A DNA stretch of 64,000 bases from Saccostrea echinata (lineage: Eukaryota): NCBI RefSeq assembly GCF_033153115.1, contig NW_026889806.1, positions 558,001 through 622,000 on the forward strand, read 5' to 3'. Every line of letters starts with the position of its first letter. Within the stretch, counting starts at the first letter, position 1. Positions 24,901-36,900 of the stretch are shown here, one piece after another. A model generated the notes under the pieces. It did no database searches. It saw only the letters and a list, made by a program, of their open reading frames with translations, and was not told the origin of the DNA. A program made the position numbers and the translations under genes.

Positions 24901-27900
24901 ACTGGCTTTATAAGGATTAAAACATCCTGTCCTAGTTAGGAGAGGGAAGAGGTGACATTATAGCTGATACTGTACTAGGAAAATGTTCTAGTATGAGTAC
25001 TAGCTGTCTCCTCTTATGAATAATTAGAGTTATTACAATCATTAACGGGAAATCAAATACAAATAAATTCAAGATAAAGAAACTATGCTTTACCAAATGA
25101 TTTGATTAGAAAAGTTCAGCTGATGCAATACAAACTAGGTTTAAATATCATATATAATTATGTATGCATGCATATATCAGAACTTCTTCTTTAGCATATC
25201 ATATTGTAGATTCCTTATTTTACGCGGGTACTTTATATCGGGAAATGGCCCTTAGACGTGAAATCGCAAAAAACGATAATTCGCGAGTAGAGGTTTGATC
25301 TAAAGATTTTACATGCATTTCAGCACCATAAAAATAAAAGTGAGTAATTTTATTTTGCGAGTGGTGCATCTTGCGAAATTATGCGATAATTAATTCCTTG
25401 TGTATATGTGGGAATCTACAGTAAGCATGAAATCATAAATGAAAAGGGAAAGAATTTATTAACACACATAGTAAAAGGAATGTACAGAAATCTATTTTCA
25501 ATTTTTTCCAGCTGTATTTACTCATGTTTTAATCAATCAGTGTGTGTGTGTTTTTTTTAAACTGTTCTGGATTGTCTCTCTTGCCAGAAAATATTGTAGA
25601 ATTTCCTATTATTTTAGTGATAATAGAATTTTTTCTTTTCTTTTTTTTTTTTAGTCCTTGAAATTATTGAATGGCTTTAATGTGTAATTTGGTATTCACC
25701 ATTATTACATTTTAAGATAGAAATTTATGAAATGATGATGAAAGAAGGCAATTTTTTAAATGCAATAGACCCTTTTCCTATGACACATTTTGCTTAGGAG
25801 TTATTCCCCTTAGCTGCCATCTTGTATGGCAAAGCAGTGAATTTACCTCTTTGAGCAACCAATTTTAAACATGCATTCAAGAAAAATATGGGGGAAAATA
25901 TTTACAATCTTATTATCATGAATTAATAGAGGATATAACAAATGTGTATTCATAAGAAAAATAGTGTTATCTTTACCTCAGTAACCAGTATAAGAAATTG
26001 AACTTGGTTGAATAATGAAGGGATCTGGGAATGTTGCCCTACAATATGGCGGCTAAGGGAAATAACTCCTAGGCAAAATATGTCATAGGAAAAGGGTCTA
26101 TTGTGACAATTTGGCAGAAAAAATTTAAAATGAAGCAATTACATATAACCTTTTGAATATTTATGCCAACAGTGTTAAGGACATTACAGTCAAATTTTAT
26201 TTTTAAACAGATTGTATCTGATGTAGGTATAATTTTTAATTTGATAAACTTAGTTTTTTTCTATATGATATTGTTATATTGTAGTACTTTCTCATAGACT
26301 GCCAAAATTCCTCTTCAACATGTTGAGTGCACCTTTATATACTGTATAATATATATCTTGGTGGAATTTCTTTAGGATTTTTATAACACAGAGCTTTGCA
26401 AAAGGTCTCTTTCTCTCCTTATTGTTTAGAATTGTGTATAATTATTTTTAATGAAAACCTTTTTTTCTGTTTTAGCAGTTCTGTACTTAAAAGCTTAAGT
26501 ATGACCCTTTCTGATCAAATTCATCACTTTTATGCATGAAGCATTTTGCAATTTTAACTAAACTTGGCATAGAGCGCCCCTCATTGAAAGGGATAGAAAA
26601 GGGTGAATTTTTTTCAACAATCACAAGGCAAGAAAAAAAGAAAAAAAATCTTTGTTCATGAAGCAAAGGGCTCTCCAACAGTATTTGCAGTAAAATTCAT
26701 TGACCCTTAGTTCAGGAATCTATTGATCTTATAATGAAAGTAATAAAAAAGTAATAATTATAGACTAATCTTTCCTTTCAGAAAACTGGTATTTATACCT
26801 TTCTATTTAGCACATGATCATGATGATACATAGGATTGTCTTTGAATCACCATGTCATTACAGTTGTTGTCTGAAAGAACAGAAGTCAATACATGTATAG
26901 ACTAGTATAGACAAACAACAAGGAAATACAGGGTCATATCTGCAATACGCATTAAAAATAATCTTGATCTTTTGACCTTGAGTTTTCATAATACAACCAT
27001 GATATGAGTAATCCACAGGTTGCTCTTTATAACAACCTTAAGGCAGTGTTAAGTGAATAGGCAAATATGTAGAGTCAAATATACTTTTTGTGTTTGCACC
27101 ACATTAAAAGGATTTCCTGGACAAATAAAATTTTGACCTTGACCTATTAGTATGTCTACCTCAGACTGTTGTTAATCTAGTCAATGAAAACAAGAAGAAA
27201 TTTATTGAAAATAAGAATTTAAAAAAAAAACTGGATTATTATGTCATCAAATAAATGTACATACCAGGTTATTGCTGAACAAAAGTCTTAACCTTTCACC
27301 TTGACCTCTGACTACATGATCAGAAAATAAATATTGTAGGTGTCATCCTCAAGCCACTCTCCACCATAACTGAATATCTGTATACATGATGGTAACTGTA
27401 AATTACTTTTTTATTCGGGAGAACTTTATTTTTGCGTAATTTATGCAAATCTGTCTGCTTGCGAAGACTTAATTCTCACACATAATTCTACTATGAAAGA
27501 TTATATAGAGCAATAACCAATATTTGTGAAAATTTTGTTTCGCTTGTAAGTACTGAACAACAACCTCACGAAAATAAGGTGTTGCAAAAGTTTTAGTGAT
27601 CTACAGTAATACTGTATGTGTACTAAAATAAGCGGGCTTCATATTTTAGCGGCTTTTTATGATACATGGCGTGGATGTGTGTAACGCTAATTTATGATTA
27701 CGCCAACCACTCAATACCTAGTGTTTGCGCTAAATTTTGAATGCGTCAATTTATGTACATGTACAGAATGTTCCTGCAGTTTAAAAAGACTTTCATTTAT
27801 TGCTGCATCACATTAATTTGTAATGGTTGAAATCAAGAGATTACTTCATAAAGAATTTATTCCTGCCCTTCATAAAATCCTTATTATTAAAACAATTTGC

Positions 27901-30900
27901 GTTGCTTGATCTGTCACAGTGGTAAAAATGTTTGATGTACACATGTGGCAGTCAGAAGGCTCATTTGCCTGTGACCATATATAGTTCAGTTGGTACATGT
28001 TAAGAGGCCCATGCATGCAGGGTTCAAATCCTGGTCTGGTCAGTCACATTTTCTTCATGTTACATGTGTATAGATTGAAATTTTTAACAATAGATAGTTA
28101 GAATTTATATTTACTTAATTCACGTATGCATATATTAAGTTTTATATATGCATAGTATGTATGCTACTTTAGTTAGCAGTTCTGTGTATAACTCTTTCCT
28201 TGTGGTGGTGTTTAATTTAAAGCCAACACAATATTCTGTTATGATGTAGAGGTAGAATAGATTGTACTTATAAAACAGATACGTGTATATATGTTCTTAC
28301 ACAGGGTAGTGAACCAGTAGCAGTCATGTTTCAATGTAAAGGTCATAGAATCAATTTTTGTTTTTAAAAATGTGTACTCACTATATATTTTTTGAAATCA
28401 AGCTAACACTTAATGTAAAAGGTTCCATACATTAATTGTGTGAGGAACTCCAAAGATTTAAGAAATTCAATGTAAACATTTGTAAATCATAAGAAGGATC
28501 ATACTTATAGACCGTTTCACGATAACTGCAGTACTGCTCTTTTGCAGGGCAAAATGATATACTTTGGTGAAATATGACATAAAAGCAATTATTTACTATA
28601 CATCATTTAATTATCTGTCAAACAAAAAAGTTCACCAAACGTTATTAATTTGCCCTGCAAAAGTGTAGTACTGCAGTTATCGTGAAGGGGCTAATTACTG
28701 TAACAGTTAATTATTTTAAAAAATTGTAACATTTATAAACATAAATGCCAAAAACCTATAAAAGTGAGATTAATTTTTTTTTTACTAATTTCTTGCTATT
28801 TCATTTTTCAAAAAAAAAAAAAAAATTCAAATTTTGCTATGGTGTCAACATTTCTTAAAATTGAGAATAAAGTGTGAAAGGTGCTCAGTTTATGAAGCTC
28901 GTGACAATACAAGTTCTTATTAATAATTTAATTTTTGTCAAAATCAATATAGAAATTGCTGGAAATCCTAATTAAAACATTGTCAGTCTGGTTAGAAAGC
29001 TAACAGGTTTTGAGTAGGGGCTGACAGGAATTTTATATACACTGTACAATCATGCACATGTACCATATGTTCATCTAATATATATGGGAATGTAAGTGTT
29101 GGATCCAGTTGGACTTTGGATAAGAATTTAAAATCAAAGTTTGAGGCTTCTAACTTTATGTAAATGACCTGATATGAGGATTCAAATCTTGGCAGTGGAT
29201 TAAACCACCAGCATTATATTTTATTGTCACAGCACATTTTGGGTTCATGGATGGGGAAGGGGGTGTTTTGTTTGAGCAATCAACCATTTTGTATACCAGT
29301 ATCATCTCAAAATTTATCTTGTAACTGTGTATTGTAATCACTATGTGTCAATTCTTTTACAGTAGTATTTCATATTAACTATATTAAACCTGAAAGTGTA
29401 CTCAACATATTTGATTAAAAACAGCCTATTTAAGATGTAAACTGGAATTTTAAGTTCAGGTGAAAAAAAATCAAAGAACTTGTTAATAATAAATAAATAC
29501 AATGTCTAATGCTGCATGATAAATTTTGTAGTACATTACTAAATTTGTATATTTTAGATGTGGAATTCTTCATATAAAACAAAGAGTGAAGATTTCAGGA
29601 AGATTTTTAAGGATGTAAACAGAGAGGATCGGCTTCTTGTAGGTAAGGATATTGTTTGTTTATTGTATTTATTTGTTACATAATACAGATATTTTTGAAC
29701 AGATTTCAGTTTAAATGTAATGAGAAAAGGATTGAGAAAATTTGATTTGTGAAACTTGAATTTAAAGTTCTATTAAAGTTATAAAGTTAAATTTTTTATC
29801 TGATAAGTATCAACAGATTTTGTTGCTTCATTGTTAACACAATATTTTTGTATTAATTGTTTCTCTTGGTCTGTAATTCATCTTGGCCTCCAAAGTCTCT
29901 TTTATAGAAGTCATCTCAAGGATTGTGAGTTGTAATATATAATGTTGAAATAAATATTTTTTTCTTGCAGATTATTCTTGTGCCTTGCAAAAAGAAATTC
30001 TGGTCCAAGGCAGGATGTATATTACACAAAACTGGGTCTGTTTCTATGCCAACATATTTACTTGGGAAACACTGGTATGAAATTCATAATAGTGATGTAT
30101 ATCTATATCATACTAATGAAATTTTTGATCATTCATAAAGGCCCTCTGAAGTAGAATATCTGTATCATTTTTGTTGTTGTTGTTGTTGTTGACTTAGCTG
30201 GCCATTCCATGTAAAGAGATCACCTCCATCACTAAAGAGAAGACAGCTCGAGTGATTCCTAATGCTATACAGATCCAGACAGAGAGAGAGAAGTACTTCT
30301 TCACTAGTCTGGGGAACAGAGACAAGACATACATGATGCTGTTCCGAGTCTGGCAGAATGCTCTACTGGGACAGGTGAGACCTGCGCTAAATGTGCACTC
30401 ACTAGTAATACATGTACAGAAAAAATAGACATTTTACAGTTAGTTCTTGTAGGTAAGAAAATTAAAGTTATAATACATTTAAAATCAAATTTTTCTTTTA
30501 TTTACCAATACTACAGTACTTCTTGAAATTGTTTTGACATGCTGTAGGCTTTAAGTGATAAGTGTTTTTTTACTTTTCAACATGAGAAACAAACATGCAC
30601 CAGCTGATATCAGGTTTAAAGAATAAGAGTTTCAATCTGATCAGAGATTTCTGGTTATGATAAACATAGCATGTGTTTGCTCATGTGATTGAATTTTCAC
30701 ACTTTAACCCTCTGGCTGCGGGAAGGACATATATGTCCTTTTACCGTTCGCTGCGGGAGGGACATATATGTCCCTGGCGACGTCATAAATGTTGCGTGAT
30801 TTCTCTCTATTTTTATTGAGATTTTCTTTAGTATTATTATATTTTCACAGCATTTTTTTTATAAAAAGACTGAATAATTTAAAAGCATTTGCATTTAAAT

Positions 30901-33900
30901 GTAAGTTAAATAAGCCAGTAACACATTTATTTAATCATTATATTATATGCACTTGTATTTTTTCCATGCATGTGATTAATTCTTAAATGCGCAGTCGAAA
31001 TACTTTTTCATATTATTATAACTGTGAAATGAGAACATACGTAAACGTCCATTATAAAATATATTTCAAGTTATACTAATAAAATGTTTTATAACATTCC
31101 TATACAGATCAAATGAAGGGAAAAAAAAACACACCCCATCCCCACATTCAGAGAGAAAATAGCGTTATCTTTTAGTGATATAATTTTCTTTTTTTAAAAG
31201 TTACAAAATTCTGTCATTTTTTTTTATTATTTTCATTATTACTTAATCGGTCTGACATTGGAAAACAAAAAAAGAATTCTGCTTCCAAATTTGACTCTGA
31301 TTTTGATTTGAATCCGAAAGCAAAGATTAAGTTTGCCATCAAATATAGACAAATGTAGGGTGTGTGAATGATTTTAATTATCCGCACACTATCAAACCAT
31401 TTCTCCGACATACGCACGTTTACCCACATTACGTCGAACCCCCCCCCCCCCTTCCCCCATCGAATTATCACATACCTGATCCTGTTATATTTTCTTGATA
31501 GATTGATGTGCAGAGCAAGTTCTATCTTCGCAACACGACCCCACACCCTATTCGAGTAACCATATATTCTCAGATACTAGGCACAGTTTATTTTAGTACA
31601 CTTTAAATTAAGAAATCTTACAGGCATGAATCTATGGCTTTTTAGGACACCTGCACAGCTGCGTATCCAAGATCCCGCAAGTTTCAGGGGTGGGGTGGGG
31701 TTCCCGGACCCCCCACCCCACCCATCCATCCGTGCATGCTGCATATTACATGTAAGGTGTTAAGACCAGAGGCAGGTTTCAATATTCTCTCTGTTTCTCC
31801 ATGGCAATGATATCGCAACATATATTAACCAGTACCTCGCGCGGGACCGCTGGGTATGACCCAACGTACACGTTTATTACTGAACTTTACATGTACAGTG
31901 TACATAAATAGTACATTTTCAAAGGATAACATTTAGCAAGAGATTTTACATGTTCTGTATATACATGTACTGATAAAATATGGTTGGATTTAAAATGCAA
32001 GTTTTTTTGGTAAACACTTGGATTTTCTATAATTAACCATCTGAGCTTACATGAAATCTATAAATTATGAAGAATGAGAGCTACTATGCATATTTTACTT
32101 TTTGTCGTGGTATCATGTTTAAAGACCTTACAAACACACGTAAATACATGTATGCACAAACACTCTGTTGTGGAATTATATGTAAATGTCATCGAGCTCA
32201 AATATATATTTGGTAATTTTGGCCTTTAAGAGTCGAAGTGACATCGTACTGTAGTGTATGTGCCTGCCAAAAAGCCGCATAGAAAACTGTTTGAGCAGAG
32301 TCTAAATGATACAAGAATTCTCTATTAACATTACCTCAAAAAATTGAAGAAATCTTTAATGTCTTCGCTTTCAAATACTAAGGAATTCATTTTCCACCAA
32401 AACACTATTACAATTAACCCCAATTTTAAGGAAACACAGTCAGGATTTGTTGAAAAAAGAAGAGTGAAAATTTCATTTTAAAAATAAATAGATAAGAACC
32501 AAATAAGTGTGTAATAATTTTGTAATCCCCTCGCTCTCCCGTTGTCAGTAAGCCATTGATATTTCACCAAAAAAAATTGCACGTATATTACAAATGCAAC
32601 CAGCAGATATGTACCGGTATATAGGGTAGGGAGCACGGTTCGCATTTAATCTGATAAATATTCGTGGATGCTGTCCTCTCGTGTTCTAAATATAGGTGTT
32701 CATGATTTTGACATTCATTCTCCAATTTTAGTCACAAGATTAGTATACAAAAAACGATTAACACCTTGTTTACAGACAAACAGACACGACCTTTTGGGAC
32801 CCATTATACTCTTCATCCTGTATTAGTTTATACTAAGTGTATCTTAATTTGTAACCCTACCCCCCCCCCCCCCCCCCCAAAAAAAAAAAATCCAGATATT
32901 CATAAACAGTTATCTATCATATCCTTTCCCCTTGAAATCCCCCCCCCCCCCCCAAAAAAAAATCTTACTTAGGCCATAAGATGATAAGAACTTTTATTTA
33001 TAGTTTCAACCTTGTTCTGAACCAAAAAAAAAGGATGCGTTATTTACAAAAAAACAAATACTCAGTAATAATTAAGGAGACGGATAAATATGTTTTTAAT
33101 TAACTTGTTTTCAAATCCCGTTTAATCTTTGTCAAGTGTATGTTTATTCATTATGCTTGATATTCTAAAAAAAATGGTTTAAGCTAGGATTTATTACCCA
33201 ATGTTAAAAGCAAAAGCAATTTTTTTTTAGTAAAAAAGAAAACAATGCCCTTGTCAACCGAAGTCTTCCTTTACAAAACACCCTTCTTGCTAGTTTATAG
33301 AATATCCCATATATCATGGTGAACATTACATCTTAATCTCATCTTACATGAACAATGCAGCTGGATACTAAGATGTGGATACGGAGCAAATTTTTTTCTA
33401 ACATTCTAATAGCATGATTGTATTGGTTTGAATTAAATTTTGAATTCTTCTCATTATCCTTTCACTTTCTCTCATAAAATAAAACATTGTTCGTATGTAT
33501 TTTAACTTTACAGCATAATTTCAGTACAAAATGCAAAAGTTCCCTGGTGTTTATTTTGTAAAAACAAGATTGCCGGTATCGACTTGTCCGACAATTCGTA
33601 GGAATTATATGATCCCGATATCATTTCGATCCAACAGAATATGGAATACAACCCTAATTTATTTTCTTCGAATTTTATTCCATATTGACACAGTTAATTG
33701 AATTCGTTTATCAAATTTTACTTCCGATAAACTGCAAATATTTTTTTTCCCTTTAATCGATCTCATCCATAAAATATGGAATTTCAGAATTAATGTTGCT
33801 TAAAATTACCTCTGATATATACAAATTATATTTTTTCAACTTGTCTATATATTTATCAGTTTAGAATTGTATTTTGTAAGTTTTCCTATACCAAGGATTA

Positions 33901-36900
33901 TTTTAAATTAACAACGCCTTATAGCCAATTCCTATATCATTTATCGGCAAGGAAGTGGGCTACGCACAAAAATTAGCCATAAAGTATTTTACTTCCACCA
34001 GTCTAAAACATCAGACTGAAAGGTATCGTCTCGGCCCTTTGGCCAAATTACATGTAACAGAGAAGCTTAGGCGCATTGCACTGAACACCTTAATGGTAGA
34101 TCTTTTTTCCTAATTGCTGGTTTATTAATCAAAAATTAAATCAGTTAGCCTAATATGTGTTTAATCTTTCAGTCTACATTAATTCCAAAATGAATATTTA
34201 TACAACTTTTATAGAATTAATTCTAATAAATTTAATTCAAATTCATAGGTAAAAGTTGTTTTATGATATTTTTCTAAGTGAGAACCATTCTTGGAAAAAT
34301 TTAGCTTGCTTTTTTATTTAATTTAGGAATAGAAAAATCTACGCGGGCCGCAGACGCAAAATTAATAGAACGTCGTACGCTTCAATTTTTGGACTTTGAG
34401 CGAAATATTTTAGAAGGCATCAAACCGTATAGTAAAAAAGTTGAATGCAAATGAAGAAAAAGATGGAGAATGAAAAATACTAATGTTGATCTATATACTA
34501 TATTTTACCTTATTATTTAGCAAATATTTAACAAACTATCGATAATGTTTAGGATTATTCATCTGATTTTAATTTAATTCGCTTCTGATTTTTATGAATT
34601 CATTCTTCATAATCGATTATTGGTATTTATCGAAAATATCTTTAAAATATCATAATAATTAATGATTAAAATTGGGACAAAATATACATGTAAAAAAAAA
34701 AAGAATTTCTAAATCCACATAGTTTTCTTGATGTTAAAATTGAATAAATTTCCATACACCTATCCTGTATTTGACGCGCACTAAGCGTAAACCAGAAAAA
34801 ATCCCACAAAATAATGTCAAAGAAATTGTGACGTCATTTTAATCTCGCAGTGACGTTATATTTTCTGTACACTGACGTCGCAGCCAGAGGGTTAATTAGG
34901 GAAATTCAATATGATTAATATACCCTAATATTTGTGGTTATTCTTTGCTCAAAAGCATCCTGTTTTTGTACAAAAAACATTTTCATAACCACTTAAGTGT
35001 ACAAGTATACATACAATGTTAAATAAAAGGATATTTAACTTCATCTCTTCATTGATTACTGTGACATCATGTGAATTTAAACTATAATTCATATGATTTA
35101 ATTATGTGGGTAGAGATGAAAATCTTCTTAGCTCATTAATTTGTTAATGAAGATGGTGTATGAAATACTGGTAGCTTTAATTCCTTGGTATTTCTACACC
35201 CAGAATCCAGAAATAAGCCCTAAGGATGTATAATTTACTGTTGTTTGTGTGTACTGTTGACAGCCTATGGCAGCTAAAGAGATGTGGCAATGGATTCACT
35301 ATAACTACGGGGAGGAGCTGTGTCTGGACTCCAGTGATGACGATTATGTAGCCCCACCCTCACTCATAGAAGAACCAATCAGGGAGGAGTCTGTGACCCC
35401 CAATAGGTTGAATCAGGTCAGTGTCCCCTAGTAGGTTAAATCAGATCAGTGACCCCCAGTGGGTTAAATCAGGTCTGTTTTTAGTGTAGGGAATGAAAGC
35501 AGTGCAAAAAGATAATTTTTAGTCTTATTGTCCAAATATTTTAGATACAGTTGAACTTCAGTATCTTGAACAGGGATATCTCAAAATACCATGGATATGT
35601 CGAAGTGATTTTGAAGTCCTGAGCACTTATTTCTTAAATATTTTACCCTGGATATCTCAAATCCTCAGATATCTCAAAGTATTTTCTTGGTCCCATGAAG
35701 TTCGAGATAACGAGGTTTGACTGTATTATTATATACTAGAATAAATTTACATGATGTATGTTTAGTATTTAAGCTTTTTGAAGCAACAGTTTGACTATTA
35801 ACCTGATTTATTTTACTAACAGACAGAAAACACAGACTCTGATTGTATCCTGTTACCAGGGCTACCTCAGAATGACCTGGACATTAATAACAGTAAAGAC
35901 CAGCAGTTATTTGCCCCAGCAGCAGTAGAGGATAATCCAGTGGAAGATGTTGCTACTGATCAGAGTGATACCACAGAGGACAGTGAGGGTTAGTTCAGTT
36001 TTCTGGAAAATAGCAAAAAAAATTAATATTGATATTGATAAAAGAAATTAGGTATTTGTAAAGGGAAATACTTCTCATAACTACAGAATCAGAGAGAAAC
36101 ATTTAAAGAGTAATTAGGCTAGAGGAGTGGAGTCTTTAGCTTTAAAGAAAATTAGAAAGCATTTCAGAGATTAAAATGCAACTTTCTAACAATTTAGATT
36201 TGAATGTTAATGAGTATTGAGTAAAATTTTGATGAAGTAAGGGACAAAATCAAAAGTTTAATATCTGACAAATAATTAAATTCACAGTAGTAAGTTTTCA
36301 CACACCCCCATCCAAAAAAATAAATGTGATAAATATTGATTCAGATTTGATTATGAAGTACTGTGAAATCACTTAATTTTGTGTGTGTGTGTGGGGGGGG
36401 GGGTCTTGGTATGAAGAAACCCACAAATTGGTAACCTCCTAAAAATGTGAAATTTGAAATATATAACATTACATACTTTTTCAACCAGAAATTCAAATCC
36501 GCATTAACCAGTATTTTATTCTCTAACCACAAAGATTTGTCCCCTCGAAAATATGTGAATTTATAGAACTATACATTTATTGACGGAGTTCAAGGGCAAC
36601 AAGCATTTTGTCAGATCCAAGAACCAAACTGCTTGCTTGAAGCTGTTATGCCAAAGGCAGACAGCTTGGTTCGAGGGGTTAACAAAACTCATTTTACCCA
36701 AGAACACAGGCAATACAATGTAAAGTTTTTTGTTTTTTTTTTTATACCTTTTAATTTTTATTATGTCTTGCACTGGCTTCCATGCTTGTGATAATTGATA
36801 AGATATAGCTGATCCTGCCTACAGTGTGACGTAAAAAAAAACAAACCATCATAGCGGTCTAACATCTTATTGACAAGTCAAATACCTCACACTCAGCAGT

